Source: an uncultured Gammaproteobacteria bacterium (GTDB taxonomy: Bacteria > Patescibacteriota > Microgenomatia > Levybacterales > UBA12049). From it: DNA of 58,885 nt. The notes under the pieces were generated by a model. It saw only the letters and a list, made by a program, of their open reading frames with translations, had not been told where the DNA came from and did no database searches. How positions within the stretch are numbered: position 1 is the first letter of the stretch; every line of letters starts with the position of its first letter. Shown here one piece after another: positions 38,501 to 46,043 of the stretch. The stretch is taken from assembly GCA_964576705.1 (NCBI GenBank), contig CAZNVI010000002.1:1-58885 (forward strand), in the 5' to 3' direction. The translations under genes were made by a program, and so were the position numbers.

Positions 38501-38787
38501 GATTTTTGATAGCAATTAATGAGGCATATAATGATTACTGGGCAGTAACTCCAATGAAGTTTTATTTTGTAAATACACCGATTAAATCAGGTGACGCTTG
38601 GATTTTCCCTGTAGGATTGAAAGATGCACTTTGGTTCAGCTTCGGGAATTCTGATATTACTATAAACAATAGTCCTTCAGTTGAAGATGCATTAAAGCAA
38701 ATTTATGGAACAAGAGAAGAGAAAGTATTTGAATTTATCGATAGCGGGAAGATCATAGAACACAGAAAGCCTTCTTATAACAGATGA
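35581..38787 (+). CDS. Fusion protein: O-antigen ligase/polymerase-like (Wzy_C) domain + PMT/TMTC-like GT-C domain
   Basis: Residues 1-~560: multi-TM region with a large loop, then RFQGEWPHAIKAFMRNIFFGSGYGSISLAIDNNYFRILGEVGLLGI (Wzy_C signature). Residues ~570-1068: YFVGDDFTWFRWAAEN...FFYRPGTKLYFSTMYKMFWLNQTVYHTVSMLMHFIVTVLVF (PMT_2/DUF1736-type first-loop motif) followed by about 11 TM helices. Confidence 0.6.
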   Translation: MKIINWLFENILLVITLFLLIFIPLYPKIPLFDIRNTWVYIRLDDVVVVSSVLVWSLLIIRKKVSLKTPLTMPILIFWIIGAIATIHGVLLIFPTLANVFPNVAFLSYLRRIEYLSLFFVAFSGIKDKKHLLYVGVVLTIALFAVVGYGAGQRYLGFPAFLTMNEEFAKGEPIRLSQFSRVPSTFAGHYDLAAYLVLVLPILTSLVFGVRKWIPKLIIMAGVVLGFVLMFMTVSRVSFFVLFIAIGAVLIFQKKKIVLFVLPVIALLSVLFLSLAPALIDRFGSTIKQVDVLVDATTGEAIGSAKLVPSDYFKDKIIIQDYVLKDDKVDGSSIFEESDELFNKSTDTLSAITAGISSPSAAVVPYYLLSDHVTLLVPANVSTGENLPQGTGYINLSLSPVTRKIGEYFYEKQDDSGSGKSADVVIINGNFLVKKASAYDLSFTTRFQGEWPHAIKAFMRNIFFGSGYGSISLAIDNNYFRILGEVGLLGIVSFLIIFITGGIYIKKTLPYIQSPLIRSFIIGFVAGVFGLALNAVLIDVFEASKVAYVLWLLMGVVIGVLHLHQKEKFDILKELKKSAFSTPAIVIYLLITSIFVFSPMLSNYFVGDDFTWFRWAAENNNFLSFFTKADGFFYRPGTKLYFSTMYKMFWLNQTVYHTVSMLMHFIVTVLVFLLSKKILKDNRIAALSGFLFLFLSGYHEAVFWISSTGYLFTAFFMISSLLFFVRWIDYKKIVYFFMSLLFLVLSLLFHELGVVTILLLLFYYYIYEAKLNPTKLLDKKIYMFILFVPMFIYGLLRFIADSHWFSGDYNYNLIKLPVNSIGNVIGYLFLSILGPFSLPFYSIIRNLFKEQFFIALILGAIFLTVLIFVYRFFRNMTSKEDSRIILFSTGLFIIGLIPFLGLGNITSRYSYVSSIGFVIIASFSIKKIYSYLLDQGKEIALAVAAVFITLFMLFHLMQIQQIHSDWNTAGKKAERFLIAINEAYNDYWAVTPMKFYFVNTPIKSGDAWIFPVGLKDALWFSFGNSDITINNSPSVEDALKQIYGTREEKVFEFIDSGKIIEHRKPSYNR
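37790..37831 (+). repeat. 21-nt in-frame tandem duplication in a TM helix
   Basis: TGTCGTTATTATTTCTTGTCC / TGTCGTTATTATTTCATGAAC, with 15 nt identical. Encodes SLLFLVL-SLLFHEL. Confidence 0.85.
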
Positions 38788-40235
38788 AAAAAAATGAGTT
38801 AGTAATTTTATGTTTATTGTTCACAGTCGGCTTTTTAGCACGTCTGTATAAAGTTGAAAGTCCGTTAGCTGATTGGCATAGTTGGCGACAGGTGGATACA
38901 TCAGCAGTTTCAAGAAGTTTCATAAATCAGGGATTCGATATTCTTCACCCAAAATTTCATGATTTATCGAATGTTCCGTCAGGATTAGATAACCCCCAAG
39001 GATACAGGTTTGTAGAGTTTCCTCTCTATAATATGGCACAAGCAGGTCTAAGTTCGGCATTCGGGACTTTTAAACTTGAAATGTGGGGAAGACTGGTTTC
39101 GATTCTAGCTTCTCTATTTTCAGCTGTTTTTTTATACCTATTAGTAAAGAAACATAGCGATTCAGTATCAGCCTTTTTTTCTGTATTTTTCTTTCTTTTA
39201 ATGCCATTTAACATCTATTTTAATAGATCAGTTTTGCCGGAAACATCAATGGTTGCATGCATGCTGGCCGCAACATTTTTTATGGATTTATGGGTTGATA
39301 AGAAATCCAAAATGCACAATTTTCACTTTCTAGCATCATTAGTTCTTACTTCTGCCGCTTTACTACTTAAGCCTTACGCCATATTTTTTATACTTCCTAT
39401 GTTTTTTTTAACATGGAAAAAATTCGGGATAAAAATGTTTACAAACTGGCAGCTCTGGCTATTTGCCTTTCTCGCCATAATACCTTTAGTTCTTTGGCGG
39501 ATTTGGATGGTTCAATATCCCTCAGGAATTCCAGTCTCAGACTGGCTATTTAATGGTGGTGGTATACGTTTTAAAGGGGCTTTCTTTTACTGGCTATTCG
39601 CTGACCGTTTAGGGAGATTGATTTTAGGTTATTGGGGATTAGCTTTATTTATAATAGGAATATTAGTAAATTCCGGACGTGAGCATATGAAAAACAACGG
39701 CGGGATTTTTTATATGTTTTTGCTAAGCTCTATTTTATACATGACGGTTTTTGCGAGAGGCAATGTTCAGCATGATTATTATCAAATCTTAATAATACCT
39801 AGCGTTACTATATTTTTAGGGTTAGGTGCTAGAGCAATGCTGTTTCCGAACCCGGAGTATATAAATAAAACTATAAGTAGAATACTTCTTTTTATAGTTG
39901 TAATTTTTAGTTTAGGCTTCGGATGGTATTTTGTTCGGGATTTTTATAATATAAACAATGGATCTATTATAATTGCCGGAAATCAAGCAGATAAAATATT
40001 GCCAAAAGATGCCAGAGTAATAGCCCCATATGAAGGCGATACGACTTTCTTATATTATACGAATAGGAATGGATGGGCAAGCTTCCAAAATCCGCTTCCT
40101 GAGATGATTGAGAAAGGTGCAACGCACCTGATTTTAGTTAATCCTACCGAAAAAGATTATGATATCGGTAAGGAGTATAAAATAATATCACAGGCAAAAG
40201 AGTATTTGATATTTGACCTTCTAAGTACACAATGA
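38784..40235 (+). CDS. GT-C glycosyltransferase, ArnT/PMT_2-like (GT39/83-like)
   Basis: RLYKVESPLADWHSWRQVDTSAVSRSF first-loop motif. About 12 TM helices and a short soluble C-terminus. ATGA overlap. Confidence 0.65.
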   Translation: MKKNELVILCLLFTVGFLARLYKVESPLADWHSWRQVDTSAVSRSFINQGFDILHPKFHDLSNVPSGLDNPQGYRFVEFPLYNMAQAGLSSAFGTFKLEMWGRLVSILASLFSAVFLYLLVKKHSDSVSAFFSVFFFLLMPFNIYFNRSVLPETSMVACMLAATFFMDLWVDKKSKMHNFHFLASLVLTSAALLLKPYAIFFILPMFFLTWKKFGIKMFTNWQLWLFAFLAIIPLVLWRIWMVQYPSGIPVSDWLFNGGGIRFKGAFFYWLFADRLGRLILGYWGLALFIIGILVNSGREHMKNNGGIFYMFLLSSILYMTVFARGNVQHDYYQILIIPSVTIFLGLGARAMLFPNPEYINKTISRILLFIVVIFSLGFGWYFVRDFYNINNGSIIIAGNQADKILPKDARVIAPYEGDTTFLYYTNRNGWASFQNPLPEMIEKGATHLILVNPTEKDYDIGKEYKIISQAKEYLIFDLLSTQ

Positions 40236-41443
40236 ACATTTTATTAGTTTCTTCGTATCTACCGTACCCTTTATATAATGGCGGTAATATTAGATTATTT
40301 AACTTGATAAAACGGTTATCGAAAAAATACTACATAACACTGGTATGTGAAATACGACCATACCAAACTCGAAATGATGTAGCTGAGCTAAATAAGTATT
40401 GTAAAAAAGTTATAACGATACCGAGGGAAAAACAGTGGAGTATTAATAATATCATCCGTTCAGGGTTTTCAAAAAATTGTTTTCTAGTAACAGGTCATAC
40501 AAGCGATAAATTTAAGAAAATCATTAATGAACTACTTAAAGAAAAATTTGACATCATACACGCTGAAACTTTTTATATCATGCAAAATATTCCTCCGACC
40601 TCAATACCCATAGTGCTAGTGGAGCATAATATCGAATATTTAGTTTATAAACGCTTCGCAGATAGCTCCAATATTATCTTAAAGCCCTTTTTGTATGCAG
40701 ATATATTTAAAATGAAAAAAAACGAATCCAATAGCTGGAATAGAGTTTCAAGATTAGTGTCTGTATCTGATGAAGAAAGTAAAGTAATGAATAAAAAGGG
40801 TGTTGTAGTAGTCCCAAATGGTGTCGACCTGGAATCATTCACCATGAAAAAACCGGAAATTAAAGAATACATATCTGTAGCACGCCATTTAAGGCTTCCT
40901 GAAAAAGAGATTCTTTTTATAGGTGATTTTAAATGGTTGCAGAACGTAGATTCTGTTAAGTGGATTTTAAATGACATTTGGCCTTATCTTCTTCGTGCAG
41001 TTGAAAATGATGTAAAAATAAACCTAAGGATCGTTGGTAGAAGCATTCCTGATGAAATAAAATCACTTAATATTTATGACAGTGTTAATTTTGACGAAAA
41101 TACGACTTTGAGAACATCTGATATATTTAAACGTGCGGATATTCTGTTGGCTCCGATTAGAGTGGGTGGTGGAACGAGTTTTAAGATACTAGAAACAATG
41201 GCTTCCGGTACGCCTGTAGTTACAACTAGCTTAGGCATTAAAGGTCTTAATACAATTCCGGATAAGCATGTACTAGTGGGTGATGATACTCAATCAATTG
41301 TCGAAAAAACTACCAGTCTTTTGCGGGATAAAGAGTTATATTCAACAGTTGCGAATAATGCCAGAGAATTAATTCAGGAACAATACAATTGGGACATGAT
41401 ATCTAAGAAGCTTGATAAGATATATCAGTCTTTAAAGAAATAA
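40232..41443 (+). CDS. Family-4 glycosyltransferase
   Basis: MNILLVSSYLPYPLYNGGNIRLFNL N-domain. RVGGGTSFKILETMASGTPVVTTSLGIKGL C-domain. Confidence 0.75.
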   Translation: MNILLVSSYLPYPLYNGGNIRLFNLIKRLSKKYYITLVCEIRPYQTRNDVAELNKYCKKVITIPREKQWSINNIIRSGFSKNCFLVTGHTSDKFKKIINELLKEKFDIIHAETFYIMQNIPPTSIPIVLVEHNIEYLVYKRFADSSNIILKPFLYADIFKMKKNESNSWNRVSRLVSVSDEESKVMNKKGVVVVPNGVDLESFTMKKPEIKEYISVARHLRLPEKEILFIGDFKWLQNVDSVKWILNDIWPYLLRAVENDVKINLRIVGRSIPDEIKSLNIYDSVNFDENTTLRTSDIFKRADILLAPIRVGGGTSFKILETMASGTPVVTTSLGIKGLNTIPDKHVLVGDDTQSIVEKTTSLLRDKELYSTVANNARELIQEQYNWDMISKKLDKIYQSLKK

Positions 41444-41447
41444 GCTT

Positions 41448-42353
41448 ATGCTCGACTTATCAATCATAATAGTTTCATTTAATACAAAAGAATTCTTAAA
41501 AAGTTGTTTAGAATCGATAAAAAGTGTTATTAATTCAAATCTAACTTATGAGATTATCGTAGTAGATAACAATTCGACTGACGGAAGTATAGAGGAAGTA
41601 TTAAGTAGTAAATATAAAGTATTAAGTATAAGATTAATCAAAAACAATCAAAATGTAGGATTTGCAAAAGCTAACAATATAGGCATTAGAGAAGCTAAGG
41701 GAAAATATTTATTATTTCTTAATTCAGACACAAAGATTACCTACGAGCATACCTTTGACGAAATGGTTGCTTTTATGGATCATCATGCTAATGCCGGCGC
41801 TGCGACCTGTATCGTACAATTGGAAGATGGTACTTTAGATGATGCTTCGCATAGAGGTTTCCCGACGCCATGGAATGCTTTATGCCATTTTTCTGGCCTA
41901 GGAAAATTTTTCCCGAAAAGTAATTTTTTTAACGGATATCACAAAGGTTGGAAAGATTTAGATAGGGTTCATGAAATTGACTCACTCGCAGGTGCATTCA
42001 TGATAGTGAGACGTGAAGCAGGGGAGCAAATCGGATGGTGGGACGAAGATTATTTTTTTTATGGCGAAGATATAGACTTTTGTTATAATCTGAAACAAAA
42101 AAATTGGAAGATTTACTATGTGCCTACTGTAAAAATTCTTCATTATAAAGGTGTATCAAGCGGTATAAAAGATCATTCTAAGCACTTGGCGCGTATCGAT
42201 AGCGCTGCGCGGGTAATTAATCAAAAAGCCAGATTTGACGCTATGAGAATATTTTACAAGAAACACTATATCGATAAATACCCTGGATATGTAACAGATT
42301 TGATTTTAATTGGAATTAATCTGAAAGAATGGTTAACAAATAAAAAAAAATAG
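41448..42353 (+). CDS. Family-2 glycosyltransferase (WbbL-like subgroup)
   Basis: LSIIIVSFNT...VVDNNSTDGS...NVGFAKANNIGIREAKGKYLLFLNSDT...FFYGEDIDFCYN. Confidence 0.8.
   Translation: MLDLSIIIVSFNTKEFLKSCLESIKSVINSNLTYEIIVVDNNSTDGSIEEVLSSKYKVLSIRLIKNNQNVGFAKANNIGIREAKGKYLLFLNSDTKITYEHTFDEMVAFMDHHANAGAATCIVQLEDGTLDDASHRGFPTPWNALCHFSGLGKFFPKSNFFNGYHKGWKDLDRVHEIDSLAGAFMIVRREAGEQIGWWDEDYFFYGEDIDFCYNLKQKNWKIYYVPTVKILHYKGVSSGIKDHSKHLARIDSAARVINQKARFDAMRIFYKKHYIDKYPGYVTDLILIGINLKEWLTNKKK
41596..41630 (+). repeat. Imperfect heptanucleotide tandem array (AAGTATN)x5 inside a GT2 gene
   Basis: AAGTATT AAGTAGT AAATATA AAGTATT AAGTATA. Encodes EVLSSKYKVLSI. The 16-mer TATAAAGTATTAAGTA (41613-41628) is identical to 32574-32589. 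Confidence 0.85.
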
Positions 42354-42358
42354 TAAAA

Positions 42359-42646
42359 ATGTCAATAAATTGGAGAATTTTGTTTGTAACGTTATTAGTG
42401 TTTTTTATCTATCATGCGATCCGAGATATTTTTCAAATACTTAATATTAGAGGGAACATCGTCGCTGATTTATTCAGCACGAATCATTATTGGTGTAGAC
42501 CTGTTTGTGATTATGTAACTGTTCTTCCTGAAGTAATCGGAATTTCGGGAAGTGTAATTGTTTTAAAAAGAAACAAAATCGGATTATTGAGAATTGCAAC
42601 TATATTATCATTTATCTTTATATCTATAGGATTTTTATTGCCTTAA
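42359..42646 (+). CDS. Small integral membrane protein (3 TM), unknown function
   Basis: 95 aa and hydrophobic. Tightly packed between GT genes. Confidence 0.45.
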   Translation: MSINWRILFVTLLVFFIYHAIRDIFQILNIRGNIVADLFSTNHYWCRPVCDYVTVLPEVIGISGSVIVLKRNKIGLLRIATILSFIFISIGFLLP

Positions 42647-42651
42647 ATTAT

Positions 42652-43791
42652 ATGAAAATTGGAATCGATGTGAGACTTTGGAATGAGACCGGTGTAGGGC
42701 GATATATTAGAAATTTAGTAAAGCAAATTCAAATTGTTGATAAAAATAATGAGTATGTTCTCTTTGCTCGAAGTAGGGATGCTGAAAGTATCAAGGATCA
42801 AGTATCAAATATCAAATTTAAAATTGTAAAGACCGATATTAAGTGGCATAGCCTCAAAGAGCAACTGCTTTTTCCCCAGATTTTAAATACGGAAAACCTT
42901 GATCTTATGCATTTTACTTATTTTTCTTTACCTGCATTTTATAATCGGCCTTTCGTAGTCACTATTCATGATTTAATTATTAATCATTTTCCGACCGGGA
43001 GAGCATCGACATTGCCGTTACCTTTATACAAATTTAAGCATTTAGGTTACCGGATTATTTTAAATCTAGTGAGCAGAAAAGCGCGAAAAATAATCGTTCC
43101 TCTAATTTCTACAAAAGATGATTTGGTGAAAAGTTTAAAAATAACACCCGATAAAATTGTGGTTACATATGAAGGGGTAGACGAAGTTCTGGCAAAGGGC
43201 CCCACTTCGCTAAAGCTACGAGGGGCAAGCAAAGGGCAAAGGGTAAAGGGTTATGATGAATTTGGTAAGTATTTTTTGTATGTTGGGAATGCGTATCCTC
43301 ATAAAAATTTGGAAACATTGATTCAGGCATTTATGGGATTAGATAATGAGACTAAGTTACTTTTAGTCGGAAAAGAGGACTATTTCTATAAGCGTTTGGC
43401 ACTTAAAATACAGGATGCAAATGTTAAAAATATAGAAATATTACATAATGTCGATGATTCAAGTCTTCATGAGCTTTATAAAAATGCAATCGCTGTAGTA
43501 GCTCCCTCTCTAATGGAAGGATTTGGATTGGTGCCGCTTGAAGCAATGGCCAATAGATGCTTAGTTTTGGTTTCAGATATTCCATCACACAAAGAAGTAT
43601 GTAGCGATTGCGCACTATACTTCGATCCGAATAGTATTGATAGCTTAGCTAATCTGCTTGGAAAAGTTAGCGATATTAATTTTAAGCATAAGAGTAAATA
43701 CATAGATATGGGTATTAAGCGTATTAATGAATTTTCTTGGGAGAAAATGGCAGAAAGAACGCTTAAAATATATGAGCAATTTGCAAGCTAA
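42652..43791 (+). CDS. Family-4 glycosyltransferase
   Basis: MKIGIDVRLWNETGVGRYIRNL N-domain, VTIHDLII, MEGFGLVPLEAMANRCLVLVSDIPSHKEV. Confidence 0.8.
   Translation: MKIGIDVRLWNETGVGRYIRNLVKQIQIVDKNNEYVLFARSRDAESIKDQVSNIKFKIVKTDIKWHSLKEQLLFPQILNTENLDLMHFTYFSLPAFYNRPFVVTIHDLIINHFPTGRASTLPLPLYKFKHLGYRIILNLVSRKARKIIVPLISTKDDLVKSLKITPDKIVVTYEGVDEVLAKGPTSLKLRGASKGQRVKGYDEFGKYFLYVGNAYPHKNLETLIQAFMGLDNETKLLLVGKEDYFYKRLALKIQDANVKNIEILHNVDDSSLHELYKNAIAVVAPSLMEGFGLVPLEAMANRCLVLVSDIPSHKEVCSDCALYFDPNSIDSLANLLGKVSDINFKHKSKYIDMGIKRINEFSWEKMAERTLKIYEQFAS
42786..42820 (+). repeat. Imperfect heptanucleotide tandem array (AAGTATC-like x4-5) in GT4 N-domain loop
   Basis: AAGTATC AAGGATC AAGTATC AAATATC AAATTTA. 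Encodes SIKDQVSNIKFK. Confidence 0.85.
43229..43251 (+). repeat. Heptanucleotide tandem array (AAAGGGY)x3 in GC-rich linker of GT4
   Basis: GC AAAGGGC AAAGGGT AAAGGGT. Encodes SKGQRVKG within LRGASKGQRVKGYDEF. Confidence 0.85.
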
Positions 43792-44920
43792 GCGCATAGC
43801 ATTAGTTTATGATCGGGTAAATAAATGGGGTGGTGCTGAAAGAGTACTGCTGGCCTTGCATAAATTATTTCCAAATGCACCGTTGTATACCTCAGTTTAT
43901 AATAGTAAATTCGCTCGATGGGCAAATATATTTAACGTAAGAACTTCGTTTCTTCAAAAATTACCTTTGGCCTCGAACAATCATGAGTTCTTACCGCTTT
44001 TTACCCCTGTAGCATTCGAGGGGTTTTCTTTCGATAATTATGATTTAGTAATAAGTGTTACATCTGAGGCAGCTAAGGGAATAATTACGAAACCTACCAC
44101 AAAACATATTTGTTATTGCCTTACCCCCACAAGGTACCTGTGGAGCGGGTATGAGGAATATTTCAGAAATCCGGTATTAAGAAATATTAGTAAGCCTGCT
44201 GTGTCATATCTTAGAAGGTTGGATAAGATTGCTGCTCAACGTCCTGATGGATTTATAGCGATATCTGAAGAAGTCAAACAAAGAATAAAGAAATATTACA
44301 ACAGAGAATCGGAAGTAGTATATCCGCCAATAGGATTGGCAAATGGCAATCCATCAGCTCCGATTGAATCTGATCCAGCTGGCAAAAAAATGTCACATAT
44401 CAAAAGGAGAAACAGGGGTGGATATTTTTTGGTTGTATCGAGATTGGTTCCGTATAAAAAGATTGATATAGTGATTGAGGCATGTAATGAATTAAAGCTG
44501 CATCTGAAAATAATAGGGACAGGTAGCGACGAAAGAAGATTGCGTAGCTTAGCAGGTTCTGATGTGGAGTTTATCGGAACAGTTGACGATAATGAGTTAG
44601 CATCATATTATCTCTCCTGTAAAGCGTTGATATTTCCTGGAAATGAAGATTTCGGCCTGGTGATGGCAGAAGCACAAGCAGCAGGTAAGCCCGTTATTGC
44701 ATACCGTAGAGGTGGAGCCTTAGAAATAATTGCAGAAAATAAAACCGGTCTTTTTTTTGATGATCAAAATAAAATGTCTTTGATAAAAGCACTAACATCG
44801 TTTGATTCTGAATATTTTTCTTCTGACGAATGCAAGAAACAGGCAAGCAAATTTAGTATAAATAATTTTAATAAACAGTTTATTAAAACTGTAAACAGCA
44901 TAATGAATGATTTGAAATAA
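43772..44920 (+). CDS. Family-4 glycosyltransferase
   Basis: Start moved to ATG 43772 (MSNLQAKRIALVYDRVNKWGGAERVLLAL). NEDFGLVMAEAQAAGKPVIAYRRGGALEII. Confidence 0.75.
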   Translation: MSNLQAKRIALVYDRVNKWGGAERVLLALHKLFPNAPLYTSVYNSKFARWANIFNVRTSFLQKLPLASNNHEFLPLFTPVAFEGFSFDNYDLVISVTSEAAKGIITKPTTKHICYCLTPTRYLWSGYEEYFRNPVLRNISKPAVSYLRRLDKIAAQRPDGFIAISEEVKQRIKKYYNRESEVVYPPIGLANGNPSAPIESDPAGKKMSHIKRRNRGGYFLVVSRLVPYKKIDIVIEACNELKLHLKIIGTGSDERRLRSLAGSDVEFIGTVDDNELASYYLSCKALIFPGNEDFGLVMAEAQAAGKPVIAYRRGGALEIIAENKTGLFFDDQNKMSLIKALTSFDSEYFSSDECKKQASKFSINNFNKQFIKTVNSIMNDLK

Positions 44921-44941
44921 TAACTCAGCATAAGGTATAAT
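44912..44941 (+). promoter_or_regulatory. Possible internal promoter (TTGAAA-18 nt-TATAAT) ahead of manC
   Basis: TTGAAA at 44912-44917 and TATAAT at 44936-44941. The ATG is at 44955. Weak evidence in an AT-rich genome. Confidence 0.3.
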
Positions 44942-44954
44942 ATTTTTTACTGTT

Positions 44955-46040
44955 ATGAAAATTGTATTATTTGCAGGAGGTGTGGGTTCGAGATTATGGC
45001 CTCTGTCCAGGAAAAATAAGCCGAAGCAGTTTGGAAGAATTATAGCCAATCGCTCGATGCTTCAAATAGCTGTGCATAAGCTTTTTCCTGAATTTGCATG
45101 GGAAGATGTGTTTATCTCTACTGGTAAGGCATTTGCAGATACTGTAAGAGAGCAACTTCCGCAGCTTCCGAAAGATAACATAATTGTTGAGCCTGAGATG
45201 CGAGATGTCGGACCGGCTGTAGGACTTGTGATAGCGCAATTCATAAAGCGCTTTCCTAATGAACCTGTTGTTTTATTGTGGGGAAGTGATCACTTGATAA
45301 AAAAAGAAAGTTTATTTAGAAAGACTTTACGTGCTGCAGAAGGGATTATAGTGAATGATCCGAATAAAATAGTCTTTATTGGTCAAAAGCCTCGATTTGC
45401 CAATCAAAACGTAGGATATATCGAGTTCGGCGGTGAGCTTAAGGTAAAAAACGGTATTCAAGTTTATGCATTTAAGGATTTTCAATATGCACCGCCTTTA
45501 GATGTTGCTGAAGAATTTGCCAACGATAATCAACACGCATGGAATTTAGGGTATTTTGCGACATCTCCGGCTTTTCTTTGGGAACAGTTTGAAAAATTTG
45601 CACCTGATTTATTTTCTAAATTGAAAAAAATTAGCGATGCTTACGGAAGTGAAAATTACGAGTCAGTAATTAACGATGTATATCCAAGTATGGAAAAGAT
45701 CTCATTTGACCATGCAATCCTCGAGAAAATTGACCGGTCTTCAGGAATGGTATTATCTGTAGATTTAGGATGGAGTGACATAGGAGCATGGGAAGCTATG
45801 AAAGAAGCACTTTCGAAAACTGAAGCTGAGAATGTAACGAAAGGAAAAATAGTTCTGACTGATTGTAGAGACTCTATTTTGCATAATGAAACTTCTCAGC
45901 TAATTGTGGGAATAGATCTTGATGGCTTAGTGGTAGTTAACACTGAGGACGTGATTCTCGTTTGTCCGAAAGAATCAGTTCCAAAAATTAAAAAATTTGT
46001 AACCGGTTTGAAAGGTACGAAATACGAGTATCTCGCATGA
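44955..46040 (+). CDS. manC: Mannose-1-phosphate guanylyltransferase (nucleotidyltransferase domain only)
   Basis: MKIVLFAGGVGSRLWPLSRKNKPKQF, EPEMRDVGPAVG, LGWSDIGAWEA. Confidence 0.75.
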   Translation: MKIVLFAGGVGSRLWPLSRKNKPKQFGRIIANRSMLQIAVHKLFPEFAWEDVFISTGKAFADTVREQLPQLPKDNIIVEPEMRDVGPAVGLVIAQFIKRFPNEPVVLLWGSDHLIKKESLFRKTLRAAEGIIVNDPNKIVFIGQKPRFANQNVGYIEFGGELKVKNGIQVYAFKDFQYAPPLDVAEEFANDNQHAWNLGYFATSPAFLWEQFEKFAPDLFSKLKKISDAYGSENYESVINDVYPSMEKISFDHAILEKIDRSSGMVLSVDLGWSDIGAWEAMKEALSKTEAENVTKGKIVLTDCRDSILHNETSQLIVGIDLDGLVVVNTEDVILVCPKESVPKIKKFVTGLKGTKYEYLA

Positions 46041-46043
46041 AGC

